Of a stretch of DNA of 64,000 bases, positions 51,423 to 63,877 are shown piece by piece (within the stretch, counting starts at the first letter, position 1; each line of letters opens with the position of its first letter). The translations under genes were made by a program, and so were the position numbers. The stretch is from Pristiophorus japonicus (lineage: Eukaryota). The notes below the pieces were generated by a model. The model did not search any database. It was not told the origin of the DNA and saw only the letters and a list, made by a program, of their open reading frames with translations. The stretch is taken from positions 3,286,001 to 3,350,000 of the forward strand of contig NW_027250648.1 of assembly GCF_044704955.1 (NCBI RefSeq), given 5' to 3'.

Positions 51423-54400
51423 TATAGAAACATAGAAAATAGGTGAAGGAGTAGGCCATTCGGCCCTTCGAGCCTGCACCACCATTCAATGAGTTCATGG
51501 CTGAACATGCAACTTCAGTACCCCATTCCTGCTTTCTCGCCATACCCCTTGATCCTCTGAGTAGTAAGGACTTCATCTAACTCCCTTTTGAATATATTTA
51601 GTGAATTGGCCTCAACTACTTTCTGTGGTAGAGAATTCCACAGCTTCACTACTCTCTGGGTGAAGAAGTTTCTTTTCATCTCGGTCCTAAATGGCTTACC
51701 CCTTATCCTTAGACTGTGACCCCTGGTTCTGGACTTCCCCAACATTGGGAACATTCTTCCTGCATCCAACCTGTCCAAACCCGTCAGAATTTTAAACGTT
51801 TCTATGAGGTCCCCTCTCACTCTTCTGAACTCCAGTGAATACAAGCCCAGTTGATCCAGTCTTTCTTGATAGGTCAGTCCCACCATCCCAGGAATCAGTC
51901 TGGTGAATCTTCGCTGCACTCCCTCAATCGCAAGAGTGTCCTTCCTCAAGTTAGGAGACCAAAACTGTACACAATACTCCAGGTGTGGCCTCACCAAGGC
52001 CCTGTACAACTGTAGCAACACCTCCCTGCCCCTGTACTCAAATCCCCTCGCTATGAAGGCCAACATGCCATTTGCTTTCTTAACCGCCTGCTGTACCTGC
52101 ATGCCAACCTTCAATGACTGACGTACCATGACACCCAGGTCTCGTTGCACCTTCCCTTTTCCTAATCTGTCACCATTCAGATAATAGTCTGTCTCTCTGT
52201 TTTTACCACCAAAGTGGATAACCTCACATTTATCCACATTATACTTCATCTGCCATGCATTTGCCCACTCACCTAACCTATCCAAGTCACTCTGCAGCCT
52301 AATAGCATCCTCCTCGCAGCTCATACTGCCACCCAACTTAGTGTCATCCGCAAATTTGGAGATACTACATTTAATCCCTTCGTCCAAATCATTAATGTAC
52401 AATGTAAACAGCTGGGGCCCCAGCACAGAACCTTGCGGTACCCCACTAGTCACTGCTTGCCATTCTGAAAAGTACCCATTTACTCCTACTCTTTGCTTCC
52501 TATCTGACAACCAGTTCTCAATCCACGTCAGCACACTACCCCCAATCCCATGTGCTTTAACTTTGCACATTAATCTCTTGTGTGGGACCTTGTCGAAAGC
52601 CTTCTGAAAGTCCAAATACACCACATCAACTGGTTCTCCTTTGTCCACTCTACTGGAAACATCCTCAAAAAATTCCAGAAGATTTGTCAAGCATGATTTC
52701 CCTTTTACAAATCCATGCTGACTTGGACCTATCATGTCACCATTTTCCAGATGCACTGCTATGACATCCTTAATAACTGATTCCATCATTTTACCCACTA
52801 CTGAGGTCAGGCTGACCGGTCTATAATTCCCTGCTTTCTCTCTCCCTCCTTTTTTAAAAAGTGGGGTTACATTGGCTACCCTCCATTCCATAGGAACTGA
52901 TCCAGAGTCAATGGAATGTTGGAAAATGACTGTCAATGCATCCGCTATTTCCAAGGCCACCTCCTGAAGTACTCTGGGATGCCGTCCATCAGGCCCTGGG
53001 GATTTATCGGCCTTCAATCCCATCAATTTCCCCAACACAATTTCCCGACTAATAAAGATTTCCCTCAGTTCCTCCTCCTTACTAGACCCTCTGACCACTT
53101 TTATATCCGGAAGGTTGTTTGTGTCCTCCTTAGTGAATACCGAACCAAAGTACTTGTTCAATTGGTCTGCCATTTCTTTGTTCCCCGTTATGACTTCCCC
53201 CGATTCTGACTGCAGGGGACCTACGTTTGTCTTTACTAACCTTTTTCTCTTTACATACCTATAGAAACTTTTGCAATCCGCCTTAATGTTCCCTGCAAGC
53301 TTCTTCTCGTACTCCATTTTCCCTGCCCTAATCAAACCCTTTGTCCTCCTCTGCTGAGTTCTAAATTTCTCCCAGTCCCCAGGTTCGCTGCTATTTCTGG
53401 CCAATTTGTATGCCACTTCCTTGGCTTTAATACTATCCCCGATTTCCCCAGATAGCCATGGTTGAGCCACCTTCCCTTTTTTATTTTTACGCCAGACGGA
53501 ATGTACAATTGTTGTAATTCATCATGCGGTCTCTAAATGTCTGCCATTGCTCATCCTGTCAACCCCTTCAGTATCATTCGCCAATCTATCCTAGCCAATT
53601 CACGCCTCATACCTTCAAAGTTAGCCTTCTTTAAGTTCTGGACCATGGTCTCTGAATTAACTGTTTCATTCTCCATCCTAATGCAGAATTCCACCATATT
53701 ATGGTCACTCTTCCCCAAGGGGCCTCGCACAATGAGATTGCTAATTAATCCTCTCTCATTACACAACACCCAGTCTAAGACGGCCTTCCCCCTAGTTGGT
53801 TCCTCGACATATTGGTCTAGAAAACCATCCCTTATGCACTCCAGGAAATCCTCCTCCACCGTATTGCTTCCAGTCTGGCTAGCCCAATCTATGTGCATAT
53901 TAAAGTCACCCATTATAACTGCTGTACCTTTATTGCATGCACCCCTAATTTCCTGTTTGATGCCCTCCCCAACATCACTACTACTGTTTGGAGATCTGTA
54001 CACAACTCCCACTAACGTTTTTTGCCCTTTGGTGTTCTGCAGCTCTACCCATATAGATTCCACATCATCCAAGCTAATGTCTTTCCTAACTATTGCATTA
54101 ATCTCCTCTTTAACCAGAAATGCTACCCCACCTCCTTTTCCTTTTATTCTATCCTTCCTGAATGTTGAATAACCCTGGATGTTGAGTTCCCAGCCCTGAT
54201 CATCCTGAGCCATGTCTCCGTAATCCCAATCACATCATATTTGTTAACATCTATTTGCACAGTTAATTCATCCACCTTATTGCGGATACTCCTTGCATTA
54301 AGACACAAAGCCTTCAGGCTTGTTTTTTTAACACCCTTTGTCGTTTTAGAATTTAGCTGTACAGTCGCCCTTTTTATTCTTTGCCTTGGGTTTCTCTACC

Positions 54401-55495
54401 CTCCACTTTTCCTCATCTCCTTTCTGTCTTTTGCTTTTGCCTCCTTTTTGTCTCCCTCTGTCTCCCTGCATTGGTTCCCATCCCCCTGCCATATTAGTTT
54501 AACTCCTCCCCAACAGCACTAGCAAACACTCCCCCTAGGACATTGGTTCCGGTCCTGCCCAGGTGCAGACCGTCCGGTTTGTACTGGACCCACCTCTCCC
54601 AGAACCGGTTCCAATGCCCCAGGAATTTGAATCCCTCCCTGCTGCACCACTGCTCAAGCCACATATTAATCTGCGCGATCCTGCGATTCCTACTCTGACT
54701 AGCATGTGGCACTGGTAGCAATCCCGAGATTACTACTTTTGAGGTCCTACTTTTTAATTTAGCTCCTAGCTCCTTAAATTCGTTTCGTAGGACCTCATCC
54801 CTTTTTTTTACCTATGTCGTTGGTACCAATGTGCACCACGACAACTGGCTGTTCTCCCTTCCATTTCAGAATGTCCTGAACCCGCTCCGAGACATCCTTG
54901 ACCCTTGCACCAGGGAGGCAACATACCATCCTGGAGTCTCGGTTGCGGCCGCAGAAACGCCTATCTATTTCCCTCACCATTGAATCCCCCATCACTATCG
55001 CGCTCCCAGTCTTTTTCCTGCCCTCCTGTGCAGCAGAGCCAGCAACGGTGCCATGAACTTGGCTGCTGCTGCCCTCCCCTGATGAGTCATCCCCCCCAAT
55101 AGTACTCAAAGCGGTGTATCTGTTTTGCAGGGGGATGACCACAGGGGACCCCTGCACTACCTTTCTTGCACTGCTCTTCCTGCTGGTCTTCCATTCCCTA
55201 TCTGGCTGTGGACCCTTCTCCTGCGGTAAGACCAACTCACTACACGTGATACTCACGTCATTCTCAGCGTCGTGGATGCTCCAGAGTGAATCCACCCTCA
55301 GCTCCAATTCCGCAACGCGGACCGTCAGGAGCTCGAGGCGGATACACTTCCTACACACGTAGTCCCCAGGGACACCGGAAGTGTCCCCGAGTTCCCACAT
55401 GGTACAGGAGGAGCATATCACGAGACCGACCTCTCCTGCCATGCCTTAACCCTTAGATACCCTTAAATTGGTAATAACAATGTTACAATGTTATA
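51423..55495 (-). mobile_element. Near full-length young CR1 LINE
   Basis: ORF1 54795-55442 plus 54494-54721; ORF2 with frameshifts; very similar to the 14516-17874 copy. Confidence 0.97.
51515..53470 (-). CDS. CR1 ORF2 reverse transcriptase portion, 651 aa open
   Basis: KSPGPDG, YRPVSLT, FQKAFDKV, PQGSVLGP and FADD motifs; separated from the endonuclease part by frameshifts. Confidence 0.85.
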   Translation of the reverse strand: MAQPWLSGEIGDSIKAKEVAYKLARNSSEPGDWEKFRTQQRRTKGLIRAGKMEYEKKLAGNIKADCKSFYRYVKRKRLVKTNVGPLQSESGEVITGNKEMADQLNKYFGSVFTKEDTNNLPDIKVVRGSSKEEELREIFISREIVLGKLMGLKADKSPGPDGRHPRVLQEVALEIADALTVIFQHSIDSGSVPMEWRVANVTPLFKKGGREKAGNYRPVSLTSVVGKMMESVIKDVIAVHLENGDMIGPSQHGFVKGKSCLTNLLEFFEDVSSRVDKGEPVDVVYLDFQKAFDKVPHKRLMCKVKAHGIGGSVLTWIENWLSDRKQRVGVNGYFSEWQAVTSGVPQGSVLGPQLFTLYINDLDEGIKCSISKFADDTKLGGSMSCEEDAIRLQSDLDRLGEWANAWQMKYNVDKCEVIHFGGKNRETDYYLNGDRLGKGKVQRDLGVMVRQSLKVGMQVQQAVKKANGMLAFIARGFEYRGREVLLQLYRALVRPHLEYCVQFWSPNLRKDTLAIEGVQRRFTRLIPGMVGLTYQERLDQLGLYSLEFRRVRGDLIETFKILTGLDRLDAGRMFPMLGKSRTRGHSLRIRGKPFRTEMKRNFFTQRVVKLWNSLPQKVVEANSLNIFKRELDEVLTTQRIKGYGEKAGMGY

Positions 55496-55655
55496 ATTCC
55501 CTTATTGGTTAAAAATCTATCTATCTGTGATTTGAATATATTCAATGAGCTATTATATATTCAATTCAAAACGTGATAAGAGATTAATTGATGTTCTGTT
55601 ACCGACTGTTCCATTTTTGGGCCTTTTCTTGCACCAGATTATTTTAGTTCTCATT

Positions 55656-56182
55656 CTATCACATCATATCCCAAACTTGTTCCGTTTGTGTAACATGGCT
55701 TGTTGGTGTGATACACTGAACTGTAATGTCTCACTTTACACTCATCTGAAGTTCTGGTGACCCACCCCTTTATAGAATTATCTTGCATTAGATTTTAAAT
55801 CTGTTATTTTCTGCACCAGTTATCCCATTTTGGATCTGATTTTTAAAAACTCCTCCACACATGTTGCACGTAACAGCCTTTGAAATGTTCATAATTTTGT
55901 AATTGTCACTGCTGATTTTGATGGTCTTGTTGATTTAATCTCTTGTTACTATCATACCTTGCACTATTTCTTTAAATCGAGATCATTGTTTCAAATACAT
56001 CCTTTATCATGTCATTGGGTCCTCCATTGATCCTTTCAATAATCCTTGGTTACAGGCTGGGGTTTGGGTGTAGGTTTAGGGGTTAGTGGTTGGGGCTGAT
56101 GGTTATTGGTTGGGGATAGTCGATACGATGTTCGGTTTACGAGTTAGTGATTAGGGTTAGAAACCACTATTGACAATGCAGT
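55656..56182. repeat. Duplicated block (partner 49066-49572)
   Basis: Colinear high identity. Confidence 0.9.
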
Positions 56183-56614
56183 GTCACTAGACCCGTCGAT
56201 TTTAATTTCATTTTTTTATAAACCTCACGCAGACAAGTTTAAAAAAAACAGCCTCATGAATTGTTCATTCCAGGAACCTTCTTTTTGACTGAGTCCGCTT
56301 TCCTCCTTCCTTTCACATCTCGACATTTCTCAGAAAAAAAATCATCAGGGACATTAGAATTTGGGACAAGAACATGTGGATCCAGGTGTTGCGCTGGTTA
56401 CATCCAATTATCGGCCTGCCTGAAAAGGGCTTCTGACAATAACCTATCACCAGGCCCCACCAGTCCCCAACTAATTCCACCGTCAGAACTTCATCCATTA
56501 CCCGCCTTCCGCCCTCACTACAGCTGGATTCACAACCATAACCCATACTGAGGCTCTCCCATTCCCATTTTGTGTCTGTGTAAGTGGTCCCTGGATTTGG
56601 TGTCTCAGTGTAAG

Positions 56615-57415
56615 TGAAAGGTTAAATGAGTGGGCAAAAATTTGGCAGATGGAGTATAATGTGGGAAAATATGAGGTTATCCACTTTGGTCGGAAGAATA
56701 AAAAAGCTATTTATTATTTAAATGGAGAGAGACTTCAAAATGCTGCGGTACAGAGGGATCTGGGAGTCCTTGTACGTGAAATACAAAAAGTTAGTATGCA
56801 GGTACAGCAAGTAATCAGGAAGGCAAATGGAATGTTGGCCTTTATTGCAAGGGGGATAGAGTATAAAGGCAGAGAAGTTCTGCTACAATTGTACAGAGTA
56901 TTGGTGAGGCCACACCTGGAGTACTTCATACAGTTTTGGTCTCCTTATTTAAGGAGGGATATACTTGCATTGGCGAGAGGATTCACTAGGTTGATTCCTG
57001 AGATGAAAGGGTTGTCTTATGAAAAAAGGTTGAGCAGGTTGGGCCTATACTCATTGAAGTTTAGAAGAATGAGAGGTGATTTTATTGAAATGTATAAGAT
57101 TCTCAGGGGGCTTGACAGGGTAGATGCAGAGAAGGTGTTTCAGCTCATAAAGGGAAATTGGAACTTGGGGTCACCCATTTAAAACAGAGATGGGGGAATT
57201 TCTTCTCTGAGTCGTGAGTCTTTGGAATTGTCTACCCCAGAGAGCTGTGGAGGCTGGGTCATTGAATATATTTAAGGTGGAGATGGGGGACTCAAGGGTT
57301 ATGGGAAGCGGGCAGGGAAGTAGAGTTGAGGCCAAGATCAGATCAGCCATGATCTTATAGAATGGCGGAGGAGGCTCAAGGGTCCAAATCGCCGATTCCT
57401 GCTCCTATTTCTTAT
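56615..57415 (+). mobile_element. 5'-truncated CR1
   Basis: ORF 56649-57182 (RT C-terminus) plus 3' UTR. Confidence 0.92.
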
Positions 57416-57682
57416 GCACCCCAACTCCTCTTTCACCCCAAATCTCCAACCCTGCTCATCGCAACTCCTTTCACCCCTACTCTCCAATCCCCTCAGCCCA
57501 ACTCCTCTTTCACCCTACTCTCCAACCCCCCCTCAGCCCAACCCCTCCTTCACCCCTACTCTCCAACCCCTCCTTCATCCCTAGTCTCCAACCCCACCGA
57601 TCACCCCAACCTCTCCTTCACCCCTACTTTCCAACCTCCATCACCCCAACCCCTCCTTCACCCCTACTCTCCAACCCCCAAT
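57416..57682. repeat. C-rich degenerate tandem repeat (CCTTCACCCCTACTCTCCAACCCC)
   Basis: Seen directly. Confidence 0.8.
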
Positions 57683-58910
57683 TGATGTCAGTCAGGATTG
57701 GAAAGCTATTTATAACTGCATCAAGGGGCTTTTACAGTTCGTATCTTTATTCTGTCCACTCGAGGAGTTAGATAACAGACTTTCTCCTGTGAATATGGAG
57801 CCGGAGTATTGGCCCGTGATGTGTTTACTTGTTCAGCTTGTTGTCTCTAAATATTTAACCTTGTGGTCTCAGACACCAGATAATCAAGCTCACAATAACA
57901 GAGTGTCTTTTACTGACATTATGAACAGCACTGCAAAAATATAGAGAGGATAGTTACCGGATCCGGAGAACAGGGATAATGCAGTGGATTCCAAGTTCTC
58001 CTCTCCCTAGGTGTGTCTAACAAGCTGCGACTACATTGGCAATATTTATACTGAACTTGTTTGATCTGACCCTGCTCAAACCATAACAACAAGGCTATCT
58101 GTGCATTGTTCTGGCTGTGACCACAAGGCTGTGTCACTGCCACACACACATACCATTCCTTGTTTCACATCTCCATACAAACACCATCTCTTTACACATC
58201 CCCTTTCTACATAATTGCAGCAGACATGAGCAGGGACACAAGGCTCATTCAAAGACACACATTTCATAACAGCAAAGGTTACACTGGGATAAATCTTCAG
58301 TCTGTTTTCATTCAGGCAAAATACAGAGCAGTCGAGCAGCTCACTAGCAGCTTAACAGAGTCTCATCGGCCTGGAATATACAGCAGGATTATTGGGCCAT
58401 CATCTGGCTACTTGTTCACCTTTTGTTCAATACATCTGCTGGATGGATTTAAATTGAAAACTAAGTTTGCAGGCGTGATGCTCCATTCACACATTGAAGG
58501 GGAGAGAGATGCTGTGGGGTACACAGCAAGTCCAGTAGCTGAAAATGATTAACAGACTGGGTTTTGTGTTTAGTGATCCCGGGCGTGTTACCAACTCCTT
58601 TCCTGATCCCAAGGCTAGGAGAGGCACTCTGGAAGGTATGGGGAGCTGGGACTTGTCCATGAGAGTAACCGAAGGTCTGAGAACTGAAATAATCTAGAAT
58701 TATAAAGGAGAAAAGGCCCAAAAATGGAGCAGTCGGTAAGAGTACATCAATTAGTCTCCTCTTACCTTCGAGACATCAAATACTCGACACAGAGTATATT
58801 TGAAACAAAGCCGATTTATTTGGCATTGATCCAGAATATGAATCTCCAGCCAATTATAGAGGTCATTAACATCGAGAGAAACAAACCCCAACTGTCAGAA
58901 TGAACATGGT

Positions 58911-59858
58911 TCAGTCCTGGATGTGATTATCAGCAGCAATTACAGCAGAATCCAACTTCGGTCGAAATGTGTGAACTCGCCGGTGTCTCAGCAGGCTGGA
59001 TGAAGCAGTGAATCCTTTCCCACACTCGGAGCAGGTGAACAGCCTCTCCCCGGTGTGAACTCGCTGGTGTTTTAATACGTTGGATAACTGAGTGAATCCC
59101 TTCCCACACTCGGAGCAGGTGAACGGCCTCTCCCCGGTGTGAACTCGTTGGTGTATCAGCAGCTGGGTTAATGCAACAAATCCCTTCTGACACACGGAGC
59201 AGGAGTACGGTTTCTCCCCAGTGAGAGTGCGTTGGTGTATCAGCAGGTTATTATTTCTTTTAAAGGTCTTCTCACAATCAGAAAATTTAAACGGTCTCTT
59301 ATCAGAGTGAACTTTCTGGTGTCCAAGCAGGATTGATAACCGAGTGAATCTCTTCCCACACACGGAGCAGGTGAAGGGCCTTTCCCCGGTGTGAATACGC
59401 CGGTGTCTCAAAAGGTGGGATGAACGAGGGAAACTCTTCCCACACACGGAGCAGGTGAACAGCCTCTCCCCAGTTTGAACTCGCTGGTGTGCAGCGAGTT
59501 GCAATGACTGGCTGAACTTCTCCCCACAGCAAGAGCAACTGAATGGACTCTGAAGAATGTGAAGGAGCTGGTGTTCAGCTAGGCAGAATGACTCCCGGAA
59601 CCTCTTCCCGCAGTGAGAGCAACAGAATGGTGTCTCGTCAGTGTGAGCTCGCCGGTGTGTAATCAGTTCCTCAGAGGTTGTAAAGCTGTTCCCACAGTCA
59701 CAGCATTTAAATGGTCTCCCATCAGCATGATCTAATTGGTGTGCAGTGAGGTAGGAGGAACAGGTGAATCCCCTCCCACACACGGAGCAGGTGAATGGCT
59801 TTTCCCTATTGCAAGCTCGCTGGCATGTCAGCATGTTGGACAATTGAATGAATCCCAT
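58911..59858 (-). CDS. C2H2 zinc-finger protein, cassette D (about 10 fingers, a few degenerate)
   Basis: 315 aa open frame with repeated CxxC-x12-HxxxH and TGERPF linkers; exon starts at the acceptor near 60280 with a disrupted 5' part; may be a pseudogene. Confidence 0.8.
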   Translation of the reverse strand: MGFIQLSNMLTCQRACNREKPFTCSVCGRGFTCSSYLTAHQLDHADGRPFKCCDCGNSFTTSEELITHRRAHTDETPFCCSHCGKRFRESFCLAEHQLLHILQSPFSCSCCGEKFSQSLQLAAHQRVQTGERLFTCSVCGKSFPRSSHLLRHRRIHTGERPFTCSVCGKRFTRLSILLGHQKVHSDKRPFKFSDCEKTFKRNNNLLIHQRTLTGEKPYSCSVCQKGFVALTQLLIHQRVHTGERPFTCSECGKGFTQLSNVLKHQRVHTGERLFTCSECGKGFTASSSLLRHRRVHTFRPKLDSAVIAADNHIQD

Positions 59859-60334
59859 TCAACAGAGGGAGCAGGTGAACGGCCTCTCCCCAGTTTCCAG
59901 CCGGGATGGTTAATTGAATCCCTTCCCACAGTCCTCACATTTCTCCGTGATGCGGGTGTCCTTGTGTCTCTCACACACACAACACATGTACGGTTTCTCC
60001 CCGCTGTGAATGGTGCAATGTTTTTTCAGGCTCTGTAACTGGTTAAAGCTCTTTCTACAGTCAGTGCACTGGAACACTCTCACTCGGGTGTGTGTGTCTC
60101 GGTGCTTTTCCAGTCACACTAATGTTTGAAATCTTTTCCCACAGACAGAACAAAGAAACATTTCTCCTTCCACATTCAAAGGCCGATGATATTCAGACCC
60201 TGATGCATCGAGTGACTGTCAGATCTTGATGTGATGTTTGGTTTGAGTTTCCCATTTACATATTTCCCCCTTCTAACACCCTGTAAAAGGAGTATACAAA
60301 ATACATCACTAAATACAGGAGAGAAATTCAGGAT

Positions 60335-61970
60335 TTTTTCCCAAACATTTTCCCCCAACTGAGGTTAGGCTGACTGGCCTGTAATAACTCAGTCTATCCC
60401 TTTCTCCCTTTTTAAACAAAGGTACAACATTAGCAGTCCTCCAGTCCTCTGGCACCACACCTGTAGCCAGAGTGGATTGGAAAATGATGGTCAGAGCCTC
60501 TGCTATTTCCTCTTTTGCTTCTCTTCACAGCCTGGGATACATTTCATCTGGGGATTTATCCACTTTCAAAGCTGCCTCTTAATACTTCCTCTCTAACTAT
60601 GTTTATCTCATCTAATATTTCACGCTCCTCCCTCATTGCAAAGTCTGCATCGCCCCTCTCTTTTGTAAAAACAGATAGAGTATTCATTAAGAATCATACC
60701 CACATCTTCTGCCTCCACACACAGATTTCCTTTGTGGTATCTAATGGGCCCCACTCTTTCTCTAGTTATCCTCTTAATGTATTTATAATGTCTACCTGTC
60801 CTGCAACCTTCATGGATCTGTGGATATGCACTCCAAGGTCCCTCTGTTCCTCTACACTTCTCAGTGTCCTACCATTCATTGTGTATCCCCTTGCCTTGTT
60901 AGCCCTCCCTGAATGCATGACCTCACACTTCTCTGGATTAAATTCCATTTGCCACTGTTCTGCACACCTGATCAGTCCATTGACATCTTCCTGCAATCCA
61001 CAGCTTTCTTCTTCATTGTCAACCACAAGGCCAATTTTTGTATCATCTGCAAACTTCTTAATCATACACCCAACATTCAAGTCCAAATCATTGATAAAAA
61101 AGGGACCTAGTACTGAGCCCTGCAGAACCCCACTGGAAACAGCCTTCCAGTCACAAAAACACCCATCGACCATTACCCTTTGCTTCCTGCCTCCGAGCCA
61201 ATTTTGGATCCAATTTGCCCCTTTGCCTTGGATCCCATGGGCTTTTGCTTTTGTGACCAGTCTGCCATGTGGGACTTTATCAAAAGTCTTGCTAAAATCC
61301 ATATACACGACATCAAACGCACTGCCCTCATTGAACCTCCTGTATAGCCCCTCAAAAAATTCAATCAAGTTAGTCAGACCTGACCTTCCCTTAACAAATC
61401 CATGCTGACTGTCCTTGATTAATCCGGGTCTTTCCAAATGAAGATTTAGCCTGGCTCTCAGAATTTTTTCCATAATTTTCCCACCACCGAGCTTAGGCTC
61501 TCCCCGGATTGTACTGGTCCCACCTCCCCCAGAAACATTCCCAATGCCTCAGGAATCTAATGCCTTCCCTCCTGCATCATCTCAAGCCACATATCTATCC
61601 TCCTATTTCTGTACTCACCAGCACGTGGCACCGGAAGTAATCCGGAAATTACTACCTTTGAGGTCCTGTTTTTTAATCTCTTTCCTAGCTCCCTAAAATC
61701 GGCCTGAAGGACCTCATCCCGCTTTCCACCTTTGTCATTGGTGCCGATACGGACCACGACCTCTGGCTATTCACCCGCTGCCCCCTCAGAATGTCCTGCA
61801 GCCGTTCAGTGACAACCTTGACCCTGGCACCAGGGAGGCAACACATGACCCCTGGAGTCACGTCTGCAGCCACACAAACACCTGTCTGTTCCCCAAGTAT
61901 CAAATCCCCTACCACTATTGCTCTTCCACTCTTCTTCCTTCCCTCCTGTGCAGCTGAGCTACCCGTGGTT
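60335..61970 (-). mobile_element. Older CR1 with internal deletions (ORF1 esterase remnant plus RT)
   Basis: ORFs 60766-61473, 61557-61757, 61685-61915. Confidence 0.88.
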
Positions 61971-62293
61971 CCGTGGAGTATTTTAAAAAGCTGTTGCCAC
62001 CAGCCATCTCCTCCAGCACAGAATGTGTCTCACGACCAACAGGAAGGATGTTACTTTAACTACTACAAATGCATAATGAGGGGAAATCAATCTCTGTACC
62101 TTTAACTAACAGCGAAATGGAAAGAGGGAAATGAATGACCTTTAAACACCTGGTCCACTTAGCACTGAAGTGTCTGAAACTCAATAGGAACTCCAGGGAA
62201 ACAAAATACTGACAAATGTTAAACTGTTTTGTTGACAAAAGAAATCTCGATTTAACTTTTAAAAGCTGAATTGTTTAACAGGGGTTCACACGG

Positions 62294-62410
62294 ACTCACC
62301 TGACAGGCCGACTCAGGATCCACCCCTCAAGCACCGCGATTGGTTATAGAACACGCTGCTCCCTGGGCCCTCCGGCCTCTGAGCTCTCTTCCTGTTGGTT
62401 CCCAGGGCAA
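62294..62410 (-). promoter_or_regulatory. Candidate promoter and first exon of ZNF cassette D
   Basis: GC-rich; minus-strand CCAAT about 62340; donor CAG|GTGAGT at 62300/62299, about 2 kb upstream of the ZNF acceptor. Confidence 0.45.
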
Positions 62411-62509
62411 TCAATCACCACTCGCCAACAATTCGCTGCCAGATGAAGTTGAGGTGCTCAGAGGAAGAAATAAAATGAGGCCGTGAATCAGAGTTAAGAA
62501 ATAAAATTA

Positions 62510-63025
62510 GAGAAGCATGATTAAATGAACAAGGAGAGGCAATATAAACGATAGGGTACAATCCTAAAGCAGGTGCATGAACAGTGAGACCTGCGGGTAT
62601 ATGTACACAAATCACTGAACGTGGCAGAACAGGTTGAGAAAGCAGTTAAAAAAGCTTACAGGATCCTGGGCATCATAGAGTACAAAAGCAATGAGGTTTA
62701 TGATGAACCTTTGTAAAACACTGGTTCGGCCTCAACTGGAGCATTGTGTCCAATTCTGGGCACCACACATTAGGATGTGAAGACCTTAGAGAGGGTGCAG
62801 AAAAGATTTACAAGAATGATTCACGAGATGAGGGACTTCAGTTATGTGGATTGACTGGAGAAGCTGGGGTTGTTCTCCTTTTACGCAGCGAGTGAGTAGG
62901 ATCTGGAATACAAGGCCTGAAAGGGCGGTGGAGGCAGACTCAATCATAGCTTTCAAAAGGGAATTGGATAAGTATCTGAAAGAAAACATTTGCAGGGCCG
63001 GGGGAAAGGGCAAGGCAGTGGGACT
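62510..63025 (+). mobile_element. Old CR1 fragment
   Basis: LVRPQLEHCVQFW and FTQRVSRIWN motifs. Confidence 0.75.
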
Positions 63026-63529
63026 AGCTGGGAGCCGGCAACGGCTCGAATGGTCTTCCGTGCTGTAACCATTCTCTGATAGAGTGGTTCTGCTCACACA
63101 GTTCCCTGACTCAATCTAAAGCCTTCCTGATTGTGAGAACCTGTTAAACCTGCCCTGTACCTTCACTGCTCCAAGGAGAACCACCCCAGATACTGCAGCC
63201 ATCATCTTATTGAATGGCGGCAGGCCCGACGGGCCAAATGGCCGACTCATCTCCTATTTCTTATGTTCTCATGTATTCATGTCACTGGTCCCCATCCTGC
63301 ACCTGATGACCTCCCTGCAGTAAGACGGCCGCCACGCATGCTCCCTGCTCTGTAGCAGGACAATGGAAAGCATTGATGTCGAGGAAGCCCCACACCCATT
63401 GCTCCCTGCTCGCCGCGGACATGTGCTGCCAAAAGATGGCGGCCGAACTCCCCGCAACACCCCACAGTAACCAAGGCCCGTCCTCGCCCAAAGATGCCCC
63501 ACAGCCGCAGACTCGGCGGCTAAATCTCT

Positions 63530-63875
63530 CCTTGTAATGTTTCCCCTGCCCACCTTTGGCTCGTTTGCCGTGAAGGAGTTCAGAGTAGAGCGCTTGCTTT
63601 GGGAGACTTGTGTCTGGCATGTGGACAATGTGGCCTGCCCAGTGGAGCTGATCAAGTGTGGCCAGTGCTTCAATGCTGGGGATGATGGCCTGGTTGAGGA
63701 CGCTAATGTTGGTGCATCTGTTCTCCCAGGGGACTTGCGGAGACATCATTGGTGGTATTTCTCCAGTGACTTGATGTGTTGACTGTACATGGTCCATGTC
63801 TCTGAGCCATACAGGAGGGTGGGTATTACTACAGTCCTGTAAACCTTGAGCTTGGTGACAGATTTGAAGGCCTGG
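63530..63875 (-). mobile_element. RTE-clade LINE C-terminal fragment
   Basis: QLHWAGHIVHMPDTSLPKQALYSELLHGKRAKGGQ. Confidence 0.8.
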
Positions 63876-63877
63876 TC

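Noticed and set aside
60515-61408. Long antisense ORFs over LINE RT regions (also 28734-29342 and 53537-54172)
   Set aside because: Shadow frames of CR1 ORF2
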